Source: an uncultured Pseudomonadota bacterium (GTDB lineage: Bacteria > Oederibacteriota > Muellerivitia > Muellerivitales > Muellerivitaceae). Taken from it: a stretch of DNA of 64,000 nt. Under the pieces are notes generated by a model. The model was given only the letters and a program-made list of their open reading frames with translations. It made no database searches and was not told the origin of the DNA. The stretch lies in the NCBI GenBank assembly GCA_963770835.1, contig CAVYRH010000019.1, positions 384,001 to 448,000 on the forward strand, read 5' to 3'. This document shows positions 20,356 through 30,333 of this stretch, in pieces. The position numbers and the translations under genes are program-made. Numbering within the stretch: the stretch's first letter is position 1; each line of letters starts with the position of its first letter.

Positions 20356-21093
20356 TTAATCCACCTTAAGACCGTTGCTTTGGATGAACTTGAAAACCTT
20401 TTCAAATACGGTCTGCTTATCGTAATCCATGGTCACGACGTGGTCCGAACGGTCCAGGTAAAGTAGGTGCTTGGAACCTGACCCTAGGGCTTGATAGACC
20501 AAATCACCGTTGGGCGGGGGCACCATGGAGTCCTTCCGGCCCTGGATGACTAGGGCGGGGGCAGTGATCCGGGGCAGTTCCCCCCGCACCACATCCATGA
20601 ATTTCTTCAGATCATAAAGGCTTTTAGTCATGACGTAAGGGTAAGTGAGATGGGGTGAAGAAGTTGGATCGAGAATGCCGCCCGTCAAACTGGTCGTCCA
20701 CCATTGGAGGAATCGGAAAAAGGCGATGCCGTTGAATCGAAAATCAAAAATGCGGACGGGAGCCGCCATGGGAATCACGCCCGCAACTGGGGCATCGGCA
20801 GCCAGGTGAAGGGCTTGATCGGCGCCCATGGACAACCCCCCTACGAAAACTTCGGAACAGCTTTGTTTGAGGTGATCGTAAGCCTCACGGGCGCTTTCCG
20901 CCCAATCCTGCCAGTTGGTTTTCGCCAAATCTCTTGGATTTGTGTCATGGCCCTTGAGCCAAGGCCCCAAGGTGGAAATGCCCCTTTCCGACAGGTAATT
21001 CCCCAGCGGTTCGACTTCCCCGGGGGTCCCGGTTAATCCGTGAAGGAGCAGGATGCCCGTATTCCCTTTTTTTGATTCAAACCCAATTTTCAT
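20356..21093 (-). CDS. Alpha/beta-hydrolase carboxylesterase
   Basis: LLHGLTG, GLSMG nucleophile elbow, catalytic D and H. Confidence 0.88.
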   Translation of the reverse strand: MKIGFESKKGNTGILLLHGLTGTPGEVEPLGNYLSERGISTLGPWLKGHDTNPRDLAKTNWQDWAESAREAYDHLKQSCSEVFVGGLSMGADQALHLAADAPVAGVIPMAAPVRIFDFRFNGIAFFRFLQWWTTSLTGGILDPTSSPHLTYPYVMTKSLYDLKKFMDVVRGELPRITAPALVIQGRKDSMVPPPNGDLVYQALGSGSKHLLYLDRSDHVVTMDYDKQTVFEKVFKFIQSNGLKVD

Positions 21094-21108
21094 AAAACCG
21101 CCATGTGG

Positions 21109-21723
21109 TTAGCTTTTATGGTTTGCCGCGTCAAGTTGCTGGATTCGATGAAGTGTAAAAAGAATTTCATTATCCGTGGGCCTGTCCGTGGGATCTTTCC
21201 CGATGTACTTGAAACGGATAATCTTGTTCGAGTCGATGATGAGGGTTGTCGGCCGGGCGATATCTTTACCATCATGCCCATTCGGATGGCGGGCCCCATA
21301 GGCGTCGATGACCTGGAGATTCGGATCGGACAAAAGGGGAAAGGGAAAACGCCATTGTTGGTTGAAGTCCGCGGAGTCCTGGACGGAATCCGCGCTGACC
21401 GCCGCGACGGTGGCGTTCTGGGCGAGAAACTTGGGATAATCCTCTTTTAAACCGGCCAATTGCCCCTGACAGGCGCTGCACCAGGCGCCACGGTAAAGAA
21501 TAAGGACCAGGTACCAGCCAGGCTTCAAGTCCGCCTGCTTCACAAGATGGCCCGTGCTGTCCATCAGGGAAAAATCATAGGCTTTGTCCCCAGGAACAAG
21601 GCCCCCGGGTTTGGAGGTGGCCGGTTGGGACGATTGGACACAACCCTGGAACAAACTCACCGTTCCAACCAAACCAAGGGTTACTAATAGGAAGAGTGAA
21701 ATTCTAATTTTCCTCAGTGCCAC
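21109..21723 (-). CDS. Exported peroxiredoxin-like (AhpC/TSA) protein
   Basis: YRGAWCSAC, FPLLSD, RPTTLIID; N-terminal signal/lipobox. Confidence 0.8.
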   Translation of the reverse strand: MALRKIRISLFLLVTLGLVGTVSLFQGCVQSSQPATSKPGGLVPGDKAYDFSLMDSTGHLVKQADLKPGWYLVLILYRGAWCSACQGQLAGLKEDYPKFLAQNATVAAVSADSVQDSADFNQQWRFPFPLLSDPNLQVIDAYGARHPNGHDGKDIARPTTLIIDSNKIIRFKYIGKDPTDRPTDNEILFTLHRIQQLDAANHKS

Positions 21724-21784
21724 TTGGCCTTCTTTCTTTTTTGGGAATCAATTTCGAGGTTCATCCAATAGTTTCCCAAAGGCG

Positions 21785-21797
21785 TTGACATTGTCAA
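21785..21797. promoter_or_regulatory. Palindrome TTGACA-T-TGTCAA in the divergent intergenic region (-35-like half sites, possible operator)
   Basis: Perfect 6-1-6 palindrome upstream of RBS AAGGAG and the leader ORF. Confidence 0.4.
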
Positions 21798-21840
21798 TTG
21801 CCATTCCCAATAATACCCCACTAAGGAGCTTAAGCCGTTC

Positions 21841-22137
21841 ATGAATTTTTTCCGCAAAAACCTGTTCCCCTTCACGGCCTTTGCCTTCGCGACCTTCCTT
21901 TCGGTCCTGGCGATCGAGGGTTTTCACCATCACGATGACGGCCTTGAGGGGCACGACGATTGTTCCATCTGTAGTTGGCAGGTCAACGGTTCCCAGGCTC
22001 CCTCGACTCCTGCTCCCCCTCTTTTATTTCAAGCGCTTTTATTATTCATCGCTCTTTTCATCTTTACGCCTTCCCCTCCTTCTACTTTCGTTTCTTTTTC
22101 GACTTCCGGTAGGGCCCCGCCGTCCATCCTCCTGTAA
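21841..22137 (+). CDS. DUF2946/CruR-like leader protein (His-rich, CxxC, C-terminal RAPP)
   Basis: Hydrophobic N-terminus, HHHDD..HDDCSIC, ends SGRAPPSILL; lies upstream of a TBDR. Confidence 0.75.
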   Translation: MNFFRKNLFPFTAFAFATFLSVLAIEGFHHHDDGLEGHDDCSICSWQVNGSQAPSTPAPPLLFQALLLFIALFIFTPSPPSTFVSFSTSGRAPPSILL

Positions 22138-22309
22138 CGAATCTTCGGCTTCCAAAAGTTGGAGGCCGCGCTCGCTTTTCAGGGGGATTTTTCTTTGAGT
22201 TCCGCTCAATCGTAAAACTCCCATAACAACCAATCCATTTAGTTTTCGTTCCGGCGTCGGCCCGCATTCTGGATCGACCGGGCGAAATTCCAAACACCAG
22301 GGGAGAAGA

Positions 22310-24772
22310 ATGACCACTTATAACAAGATGCTTTTACTGTTGTTGGCGCTTTTCAGTTTTTGTACAACAAGAGCCTTGGCCACCGTCAATGGCGCCCTTT
22401 CGGGCACCGTTTTGGACGACAAGGGCGTGGCCGTAGCGAATGCTAAGGTGACAATCACGGGAAATGGCATTGAAAAGGATTTAACCTCTTCGGCTACGGG
22501 GACTTTCCAGGCTTTCCCGCTGACAATCGGGGATTATGTGGTGTCTGTTACCGCCGATGGATTTGTTCCTTATAAGTCCACGGTGACGGTCGCGGCAAGC
22601 AATACGCCCCTGGAAGTGCGCTTATCGCCGGGGGAAATGCAAATGAAGGTAACCGCCAAACGCAACGAAATCACCTCCGCTCCCGACAGCAGCCGGTCCC
22701 TGGACCAAAGCGATATTGAGCAGCTTCCCCAGGGCAACACTCAGGATATCCGCCATTTGTTATATGACACGACACCCGGTTTTTGGGAGGGGCCTTTTGG
22801 CCAGGTCTTTACCCGCGGCAACCACGCCAATTTGCAGTACCAGGTCGACGGCATTCAATTGCCTGACTCGGTGGGCGGTTCCTTCGGGGAGGCCTTTACC
22901 CCGGTCAATATTGACCATATGGAAATTTTAACGGGCGGCCTCCAGCCGGAATTCGGCAACCGTTTGGCCGGCGTTATTAATATCGTCACAAAATCCGGCA
23001 GCACCGAACAAGGCGGGGAGATCGGGACCAGTTTCGGGTCTTATAACCAGACCCAGTCCTACGCCACCTACGGCGGTGCGGATGTTTCGGGCGCCTGGCA
23101 TTACCTTCTCTCGGTCAACGCCTCGTCGACCGGAAGGGGCTTGGACACGCCGGCGCCGGCGGACATCAACGCCGACCAGAACGGCGGAAGCGAGGATGTG
23201 GTCCACGACCAGGAATATAGTTCTGATGAATTCATGAAATTGGATTGGCAGGCCGACAACTTCAATAAATTCATCCTGTCCGCCTTCGTCGAGAACAAAT
23301 TCAACCAGATACCGGATTACGACAGTTCCTTCGACCCCGGCGGCCCTAATTTTGCCTATTTTAACGGAAATTTAGATCCCCTCGGGAACGGCCCCTTTAA
23401 TTACGTTCCTTCCACCACCAACGATACGCAGGCCGAAGCCAACAGGTATGTGGAGTTCTCATGGGTCCACACCTTTGACGACGAATCCTTCATTCAGATA
23501 TCGCCGTATTTCAAAGAGTCCAACCTGACCTTTAACGGCGATCCGGCGAATGACTTGGCTTTCGCTGGAAACCCCGCAAACAATTCAATCGCGGCCAATT
23601 GGCTCAACAATGACGGCGTCACCCTCCTCGATTCTTCCTATTCACAGGACCGCACCAGCGACAATTACGGGACCCAGGTGGATTACACCTGGCGGCCGGA
23701 TTCCAACAACCTGATCAAGGCGGGGACCCAGCTTCTTTTTACCCAGTCCTCCGGCCCGGTTTCCGTTCTTGAGGTTTCCAACACTGGATCCGGTCCGGTG
23801 ACATTACCCCCCGGCATCGACACTTCCATGGATCAGGGCTTTGAAGAAGGCGTTTATGTCCAGGACGAGCTGACTTTGGCCAAGTGGCTTGTCTTGAGCG
23901 GCGGCGTGCGGTTTGACGCCATTCAATACACGTTGAATATCGGGGGCGCCAGCGGCCAGGTTCAAGATGACGACAGCAATTGGGGGCCACGGATCGGATT
24001 GAGCATCCTGGCTTCGGACGACACTAAATTCCACTTGTTCTACGGCAAACAATTCATGCCGGCTCCCCCGGAAGACCTGAAGGATACTTTCGTTGCCTTA
24101 GGTGTGGGGCAAGCGCTGGTCCCTTATAACATCAAGGCCGAAAAGGACGATTACTTCGAGGCGGGTTGGGCCCAACAGATGGGCACACACCTTTTCACCC
24201 TGAACGGCTACTTGAAGCTAGCCACCAACATGCTGGACGAGTCCCAGCTGTTGAATACCGGCATTGACCAGCCCTTCAATTACGCGCAGGGTTATGCCCA
24301 AGGCATCGAAGTCTCCTTACGCGGCAAATTGGATAAGGATTGGTCTGACTTCGCCAACTATACTTATAGCCTCGCCGAAGGGGAGGGGATCAGCGGGGGG
24401 GATTTCGCCTTCACGCAGGCATTGCTCCCGCCTCAAGGGATCTATCAACCCCTGGACCATGCCGAAATTCATACGGTTAATTTCGGGCTGACCTATAACC
24501 CGGGGGACCTTTGGATCACGGGGACGGGTTATTTCGGCGGCGGCCTGAGCTCCGGGCCGGGCCTCGCCGAGAGGCTGCCGAGCCACTTCACGTATGACGC
24601 CACCATCGGTTACGCCTTTAAGAAAGGCACCGGCCTCAACGGCTTGAAGGCCAGCTTGGATGTGATCAACATCGGCAATTATCCCTATGTCATTTTTATC
24701 AATGACGGCTACAACGGCAATCATTATGAAAATGGCCGGGAATTCGTCTTCCGATTGGCCGAGCAAATCTAG
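22310..24772 (+). CDS. TonB-dependent receptor with N-terminal carboxypeptidase-regulatory-like domain
   Basis: GTVLDDKG N-domain, plug RGNHANLQYQVDGI...GGLQPEFGNRLAGVINIVTKSG, barrel strands; followed by exbB/exbD/tonB. Confidence 0.9.
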   Translation: MTTYNKMLLLLLALFSFCTTRALATVNGALSGTVLDDKGVAVANAKVTITGNGIEKDLTSSATGTFQAFPLTIGDYVVSVTADGFVPYKSTVTVAASNTPLEVRLSPGEMQMKVTAKRNEITSAPDSSRSLDQSDIEQLPQGNTQDIRHLLYDTTPGFWEGPFGQVFTRGNHANLQYQVDGIQLPDSVGGSFGEAFTPVNIDHMEILTGGLQPEFGNRLAGVINIVTKSGSTEQGGEIGTSFGSYNQTQSYATYGGADVSGAWHYLLSVNASSTGRGLDTPAPADINADQNGGSEDVVHDQEYSSDEFMKLDWQADNFNKFILSAFVENKFNQIPDYDSSFDPGGPNFAYFNGNLDPLGNGPFNYVPSTTNDTQAEANRYVEFSWVHTFDDESFIQISPYFKESNLTFNGDPANDLAFAGNPANNSIAANWLNNDGVTLLDSSYSQDRTSDNYGTQVDYTWRPDSNNLIKAGTQLLFTQSSGPVSVLEVSNTGSGPVTLPPGIDTSMDQGFEEGVYVQDELTLAKWLVLSGGVRFDAIQYTLNIGGASGQVQDDDSNWGPRIGLSILASDDTKFHLFYGKQFMPAPPEDLKDTFVALGVGQALVPYNIKAEKDDYFEAGWAQQMGTHLFTLNGYLKLATNMLDESQLLNTGIDQPFNYAQGYAQGIEVSLRGKLDKDWSDFANYTYSLAEGEGISGGDFAFTQALLPPQGIYQPLDHAEIHTVNFGLTYNPGDLWITGTGYFGGGLSSGPGLAERLPSHFTYDATIGYAFKKGTGLNGLKASLDVINIGNYPYVIFINDGYNGNHYENGREFVFRLAEQI

Positions 24773-24781
24773 TAGAAAGGT

Positions 24782-24816
24782 GGGGCGCCGGAGGGTTTAA
24801 TCCCCCTACGGCGTCT
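24782..24816 (+). terminator. Stem-loop after the TBDR gene
   Basis: GGGGCGCCGGAGGG..CCCCTACGGCGTCTT hairpin; weak U-tract. Confidence 0.35.
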
Positions 24817-24887
24817 TAACCCCAAAGGGTTCACGCCCGGACCCTTTAGGGTTAAGACACACTCAATTTTCAAAAAAGGAAAAAGAA

Positions 24888-25523
24888 ATGAACGGTTTAT
24901 GGGACGGTTTTAAATTTATTTTCCGGGGCGGGTTCATGATGATCCCCCTCCTGGCGTCTTCCTTGATCGCCTTGACGGTGATCGTCGACCGCTGGAAGGC
25001 GTATCACCAGCGGTATAAAACGCCCCCGGACTTCATCAACGGCGTTTTGGAAAAAGCGCGGGCGGGCAACCTCCCCGAGGCCATCCAAGCCTGTCAAGGG
25101 AAGGACATCCCCGTGGCCGCGGTCCTGAAGGCGGGGCTGGAGCACTTCAAGAATCCCACTGCGGAAATGGAGATCGCCATGAAGAATGAGGGCGAGAGCT
25201 GGGTGCCGGTATTGGAAAAACGGATACACGTTTTGGACACGACCATCACTATCGCGCCCCTGATGGGGCTTCTGGGAACCATTATCGGCATGATGGGTTC
25301 CTTTAAAGTGCTTACTCAAAGCGGTGTGGATGATCCCTATTCCATCACCGGAGGCATCGCCGAGGCCCTGATTGCCACGGCCACCGGTCTTGTCATCGCC
25401 CTGGTTTGCGTCATCGCCCACAACTACTTCAATACCCTCGTCAAGAATTCCATTTACGAGATGGAATCCGCCGCCTCGCGCCTGTTGGAAGCCCGGTTGG
25501 CTTCCGAAAGGAAGAAGGGCTGA
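24888..25523 (+). CDS. exbB: MotA/TolQ/ExbB proton channel
   Basis: APLMGLLGTIIGM, GIAEALIATATGL. Confidence 0.9.
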   Translation: MNGLWDGFKFIFRGGFMMIPLLASSLIALTVIVDRWKAYHQRYKTPPDFINGVLEKARAGNLPEAIQACQGKDIPVAAVLKAGLEHFKNPTAEMEIAMKNEGESWVPVLEKRIHVLDTTITIAPLMGLLGTIIGMMGSFKVLTQSGVDDPYSITGGIAEALIATATGLVIALVCVIAHNYFNTLVKNSIYEMESAASRLLEARLASERKKG

Positions 25524-25933
25524 TGCAAATCCGTCAAAGGCCCTTTAAGCGGGTCCGCATCGAAATCATCCCCATGATCGACGTTATCTTCTTTTTGCTG
25601 GTGTTCTTTATGGTAACGTCACTGGCCATGACCCGTATCAACAGCATCAAGGTGGTGCTGCCCAAGACGTCGGGTGCGGCTGAAACCATGAAGCAAAATA
25701 TCATCCTCACCATCAAGAAGGACGGTTCCATGCTGGTCAACAAAACGCCTGTCACCCTCGATACCCTGGGAAGCCGGCTGGTTTACGAGATGCAAGCCGA
25801 TCCACAAGGCGTAGTCATTGTGAACGCGGATGAGGACGCCGGTTATGGCGTGGTGGTGGCGGCCATGGCCAAGGCCAAGGAAGCCGGAGTGCGCAAGTTC
25901 GCCCTGGCCGCCGAAGCCGAAAAGGGAAAGTGA
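25523..25933 (+). CDS. exbD: ExbD/TolR protein
   Basis: IEIIPMIDVIFFLLVFFM; ATG overlaps the exbB stop (TGATG). Confidence 0.9.
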   Translation: MQIRQRPFKRVRIEIIPMIDVIFFLLVFFMVTSLAMTRINSIKVVLPKTSGAAETMKQNIILTIKKDGSMLVNKTPVTLDTLGSRLVYEMQADPQGVVIVNADEDAGYGVVVAAMAKAKEAGVRKFALAAEAEKGK

Positions 25934-26535
25934 CCTTGTCGCCCTTTTACACGAACCCGGCCGAGGAACAAAAACGCCTTTATCGATCGGCGGGGATCGC
26001 TTTGGGATTGGAGCTGCTTTTCTTCCTAGCCCTTGGGATAAGCCATCTGCCGCTTTTCCATAACCCCTTTGATTCGGCCCAATATTTGGACGCCCAAATC
26101 CTGCAGTTACCTGAAAACTCCCATTTAACGGGGGCCCAGGCCACGACACCCGACGACGAAATCGTCTTTAACCCCCACCACAAGGTTCCCAAGAAGGTAA
26201 TCAAGAAAACTCCGCCTCCCCCGGCCCCAGAGCAAAACAAGGTTGAGGCCAGCCCCAGTTTGGGGCCCACCCATGGGCCCGTGGCGCTTTATTCTCCGTC
26301 ACCGGTCATCCCCAACTACCTAAGGGACCAGAATTTGAAAACCAGCGTGGTGATTGAGTTCCTCATCACGGCCCAGGGGCAGATGACACCCCGGCTGTTG
26401 GAATCCAGCGGCAACAACGAGTTGGATTCCATCGCCTTAAACACGGTTGCTAAATGGCAGTTCAAACCCGCGGCCCAGGACAACGTGCCGATCGACTCTA
26501 AAACCCGGCTCCGTATCCTTTTTGAGGTCTATTAA
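25930..26535 (+). CDS. tonB: Energy transducer TonB
   Basis: TM anchor, Pro/Lys linker, SSGNNELDSIAL..WQFKPA C-terminal domain. Confidence 0.85.
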   Translation: MTLSPFYTNPAEEQKRLYRSAGIALGLELLFFLALGISHLPLFHNPFDSAQYLDAQILQLPENSHLTGAQATTPDDEIVFNPHHKVPKKVIKKTPPPPAPEQNKVEASPSLGPTHGPVALYSPSPVIPNYLRDQNLKTSVVIEFLITAQGQMTPRLLESSGNNELDSIALNTVAKWQFKPAAQDNVPIDSKTRLRILFEVY

Positions 26536-26536
26536 G

Positions 26537-26875
26537 ATGCCTTTATACTCTTCGAATTCTTCCGGCAAAAAAATTGGGACATCCGATCCCAAGGATTGGA
26601 TGCTTCTCTTCGTCTTTCCCGTGGCGGTTTTTTTCATCCTGGCTGGCTCAGCCGAGGGATTTATCCATCATCACCATCACAGCCCCACCGAGGATTCGGA
26701 TTGTGCCTATTGCGGATTCCATAACGCCGTCACCCAGTCGGACTACACGGTCAATCTTCCTCAGATAGTTCCCTTCCTTCCCTTGGTTCTCATCTTCGCC
26801 TTCCCCTTCCTGCCCTTTCATTCTTCCCGTTTTTTCACCCATTCCGGCCTGTCCCCGCCGGCCCTTTTCCAATAA
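26537..26875 (+). CDS. Second DUF2946-like leader protein (HHHHH, CxxC, C-terminal GLSPP)
   Basis: Same layout as 21841-22137: hydrophobic segment, EGFIHHHHH, DCAYC, hydrophobic Pro-rich segment, SGLSPPALFQ. Start inferred. Confidence 0.7.
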   Translation: MPLYSSNSSGKKIGTSDPKDWMLLFVFPVAVFFILAGSAEGFIHHHHHSPTEDSDCAYCGFHNAVTQSDYTVNLPQIVPFLPLVLIFAFPFLPFHSSRFFTHSGLSPPALFQ

Positions 26876-27035
26876 AGGGAAGACGCGCCGAAAGAGTGGA
26901 ATTTATTCCAGCCCTGATCCTTTGAAGTACCGCCCAGGGTCCCATTCCTGAAAACCTTCGCCCATCCCGTTTTCCCGCAGGCCAATCGCCAATTCCGACA
27001 ACCTTTACATCTCTCAATTTAAGGAAGGAGCAAAA

Positions 27036-27725
27036 ATGAAAGTTCTTGAAGTCAAAAACTTGAAAAAGTCTTACCTAACACCCGAGGGTAATACTCACAG
27101 GGTCGTTGATATCGCCCATTTCTCCCTGGATTCGGGAGACCAAATGGCGCTGGCCGGGGAGAGTGGATCGGGCAAAACGACCTTCTTGCACCTCATTTCG
27201 GGTGTGCTAAAGCCCGACAGCGGCGAAATCAGCCTTGATGGAAAAAGGATGGACCTGCTTCCGGAAGCCGGACGGGATAGCCTGCGGTCCAGCCTGCTGG
27301 GTTATGTCTTTCAAAATTTCAACCTCCTGCAGGGAATGACTTCCCTGGAGAATGTTGAACTGGCCATGCGGTTCGGCATGGGAGTGGATAAGGAAAGGGC
27401 CGTTTCGCTTTTAAACCGGATGGGCCTTTCGGAGAGGCTCCACCACTATCCCCGCCAGCTTTCCATGGGGCAGCAGCAGCGGGTGGCCGTGGCACGGGCC
27501 CTGGCCAACCGCCCCAAATTGGTCTTAGCCGATGAGCCCACAGCCCACCTGGACCATGTCCGGGGCAAGGAAGCCGTCACCTTGATGCGGGAAGTCTGCC
27601 GGGAATTCGGCGCCGCCTTGTTGGTGGTAAGCCATGACCGGGAAGTATTGTCAAACTTCAAGCAGGTTGAGCGCTTTGACCGGCTGAACCGTGCGCTTCA
27701 CGCGCGCCAGGAGGCAAAATCATGA
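27036..27725 (+). CDS. ABC transporter ATP-binding protein (LolD/MacB-like)
   Basis: GESGSGKT, LSMGQQQR, LADEPT, SHD. Confidence 0.93.
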   Translation: MKVLEVKNLKKSYLTPEGNTHRVVDIAHFSLDSGDQMALAGESGSGKTTFLHLISGVLKPDSGEISLDGKRMDLLPEAGRDSLRSSLLGYVFQNFNLLQGMTSLENVELAMRFGMGVDKERAVSLLNRMGLSERLHHYPRQLSMGQQQRVAVARALANRPKLVLADEPTAHLDHVRGKEAVTLMREVCREFGAALLVVSHDREVLSNFKQVERFDRLNRALHARQEAKS

Positions 27726-28978
27726 ATACACTGATTTTTTTGGCCCGGCACAGCTTGAGGCGCCACGCGGTCTCCACTTTGGTGACCGCCCTGTCGGCGG
27801 CCCTGGCGGTGGGCCTGACCTTGGCCGTCTTTGGCCTGGCCGCCCAAACCCGGGCCGCCTTCATGGGCGGGGCCGGTGGTTTTGACGCCGTCTTGGGCGC
27901 CAGAGGAAGCCAGCTCCAGCTGGTTTTGAACGCCGTTTTCCAGCTGGAAACCTCGCCGGGCAATATTCCCTGGAGCCTCTACGAGACGGTGAAAAACGAC
28001 CCCCGGGTCGCCGAGGCGGTGCCTTACGCCGTCGGGGACAATTACTACGGCTTCCGGATATTGGGGACAACCCTCGCGGTTCGGGATGAGCTCCGGAATT
28101 CCTCCGGCAAGCCCCTGGAACTGGAAGAGGGGGGGCGCTGGTTCAACGATGAGGACCGGGAAGCGGTGGTTGGATCGATCACGGCCCAGAGAAGCGGCCT
28201 CCAGGTCGGCAGCTCTTTCCGGCCCTACCACGGCCTGGCTTTCGACCCCAGCATGCAGCACGAGGAGGTCTACCAGGTGGTGGGCATTCTCAAGCCGTCC
28301 AATACGCCGATCGACCGGGTCCTCTTCATTCCCCTGGAGGGCTTCTACCGGATCAAGGGCCATGTTCTCCGGGGATCGGGTAAGGATTATGTACCGAAGG
28401 AAAACCAGCCCATTCCCGACGAGGACAAGGAGCTCAGCTCCGTCCTGCTGAAGCTCAAAAGCCCCCAGGCGGGTTTCAACATGGATTACACCATCAACAA
28501 ACAGGGCAAGGTGGCTACCTTGGCCTGGCCCATCGGGCGGGTTATGGCCGACCTTTTCAACCGGCTGGGTTGGATGAACCGAATCCTGGTCCTAGTGGCC
28601 TACTTGGTCATGGTCGTGGCCGCCTGCTCGATCCTGGCCGCCCTTCACAACACCATGCGGGAGAGGCGCAGGGAATTTGCCATCCTGCGGGCCTTGGGCG
28701 CGAAACGGCGCACCGTGTTCGCCTCGGTGGTGACCGAAGCCGCCTGCATCGCCGCCTTGGGCGCCTTGGGGGGCTATTTGGTTTACGGTCTTTTGTTTTT
28801 CCTGGCGGCGGGGCTGGTCCGGGCCCAGACAGGGGTGGTCGTGGACCTCTTCTTTTTCCATCCGGCCCTTATCGGCGTGCCCATCGGCATGACGGTTTTA
28901 GGCGCCTTAGCCGGTGTCTTGCCGGCTTATCAAGCCTATTCCACTGACGTGGCCGGGAATTTGGAACCCCATTCGTAA
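27722..28978 (+). CDS. ABC transporter permease (FtsX/MacB-like)
   Basis: GARGSQLQLVLNAVF, GDNYYGFRILGT, ERRREFAILRALGA. Confidence 0.88.
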   Translation: MNTLIFLARHSLRRHAVSTLVTALSAALAVGLTLAVFGLAAQTRAAFMGGAGGFDAVLGARGSQLQLVLNAVFQLETSPGNIPWSLYETVKNDPRVAEAVPYAVGDNYYGFRILGTTLAVRDELRNSSGKPLELEEGGRWFNDEDREAVVGSITAQRSGLQVGSSFRPYHGLAFDPSMQHEEVYQVVGILKPSNTPIDRVLFIPLEGFYRIKGHVLRGSGKDYVPKENQPIPDEDKELSSVLLKLKSPQAGFNMDYTINKQGKVATLAWPIGRVMADLFNRLGWMNRILVLVAYLVMVVAACSILAALHNTMRERRREFAILRALGAKRRTVFASVVTEAACIAALGALGGYLVYGLLFFLAAGLVRAQTGVVVDLFFFHPALIGVPIGMTVLGALAGVLPAYQAYSTDVAGNLEPHS

Positions 28979-28990
28979 GGAGGAATCGAC

Positions 28991-29482
28991 ATGAGACTTT
29001 CATATTTGGTTTTCCTGGCTTGGATATTTTTATTCACCGGTCCCGCGATACGGGGTTATGGCGAAACTCCCCCAGACGGGAAAGCGCCGGTAACGGAATC
29101 CGCCAAGCCCGGTTTTGAACCCCAGGCCCCCCACGGGGGCCTGCTGGTGGACGCAGGGGATGATTTCGCCCACGTGGAAATGGTCTTTGATTCCGCGGAG
29201 GGGACACTATCGGCCTACATGCTGGACGGAGAGGCCGAAGAAGCAGTCCCCCTTAAGCAACCTGTCATTTTGGTTCGTTTAATGAAACCGGCTCGGACCT
29301 TAAAACTGAAGGCGGTGGTCAGCCCCTTAAGCGGGGAAAAACCCGGGGCCACCTCTTCTTATGCCTTGACAGACCCTTCGCTGAAGGGCCTTTCACAGTT
29401 GAAGGGCGTATTGGTATCGGTGGATTTTAACGGCTCGGTCTTTAAAAACCTTGCCTTCCAATTTCCGCAAAAAAAGGAATAG
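28991..29482 (+). CDS. Exported protein with PHGG...HVE motif, possible metal-binding
   Basis: Signal peptide; APHGGLLV...FAHVEMV; in operon. Confidence 0.6.
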   Translation: MRLSYLVFLAWIFLFTGPAIRGYGETPPDGKAPVTESAKPGFEPQAPHGGLLVDAGDDFAHVEMVFDSAEGTLSAYMLDGEAEEAVPLKQPVILVRLMKPARTLKLKAVVSPLSGEKPGATSSYALTDPSLKGLSQLKGVLVSVDFNGSVFKNLAFQFPQKKE

Positions 29483-29490
29483 GATCACGA

Positions 29491-30324
29491 ATGAAAACCG
29501 GCTTTAACAGGATGATGAAAAAGTCCAAAGAGATGATGAAAAAGTCCAAAGAATGGACTTTTTCATATCTATGTCGCGAACCACCCCTTAAAAAACAGGG
29601 GGTTAAAAACGGTTCGCTCCTAGCCCGTGGCTGTAGACAGGGTGTAAAAACACTTTTTCAGCACCCTGTTAAAAAAGGAATGGTTTACGGGGCTGTCCTT
29701 GGTTTCTTTACCCTGGCCGCCGGAGCCCCGATTTTCGGCCAGAACTTCTGGAAATACCAGGCACCGGCCACCGATGTCCCGGCCGCCGAAGGATCCGGGG
29801 TGGCCAATGACGCCAAGCTCCAGGCCCTCAGCCAGATCAGGGATCCCGTCGTCCAAATCAACCCGGCAGACCTGGAGGGAAAACCCCTCGTGGATTTCAC
29901 CCGCTTGGCCTGTTTCAATTACGACTACCCGGATGAGGACGGGGGCGCGTTGGCCCCTAAAAAATCCAAAAGGAAAAAACCGGGAATCCCTGTTTCGGTT
30001 TCGGCCTTGAATGGGACAACCTTGGCCGTTCCCGGCTTCATGATCCCAATGGACCAGGATGCGGACGGGGACACCTGCACTTATTTCATCCTGGCCCGCA
30101 ACCAGATGACCTGCTGTTTCGGCGTGCCTCCGGGCCTGAACGAGTGGGTGAGCGTGCGGATGGAGAAGGGTAAAACCGCCAAGCTGGATATGGACCGCCC
30201 AGTTGTGGTGGTGGGGACCCTGGAAGTCGGGGAGATTTTCGACCCCGATTCGGGCTGGAGTTTCTACCGGATGAGGGGCGAGAAGGTCATCGTCGCAGGG
30301 AAAAAGAAAGTTTGGTTCCAATGA
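29491..30324 (+). CDS. DUF3299-like protein 1 (MITE inserted in N-terminus)
   Basis: ALNG..VPGFMIP..FILA..TCCFGVPPGLNEWV..V.GTL; residues about 6-60 are MITE-derived. Confidence 0.75.
   Translation: MKTGFNRMMKKSKEMMKKSKEWTFSYLCREPPLKKQGVKNGSLLARGCRQGVKTLFQHPVKKGMVYGAVLGFFTLAAGAPIFGQNFWKYQAPATDVPAAEGSGVANDAKLQALSQIRDPVVQINPADLEGKPLVDFTRLACFNYDYPDEDGGALAPKKSKRKKPGIPVSVSALNGTTLAVPGFMIPMDQDADGDTCTYFILARNQMTCCFGVPPGLNEWVSVRMEKGKTAKLDMDRPVVVVGTLEVGEIFDPDSGWSFYRMRGEKVIVAGKKKVWFQ
29508..29668. mobile_element. MITE-like element, copy 2 (inverted; 140 bp plus 21-bp internal tandem duplication)
   Basis: Reverse complement aligns with 1714-1853; TTAA on both sides; GATGATGAAAAAGTCCAAAGA twice (29511-29552). 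Confidence 0.8.
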
Positions 30325-30333
30325 GGGGGAGTC

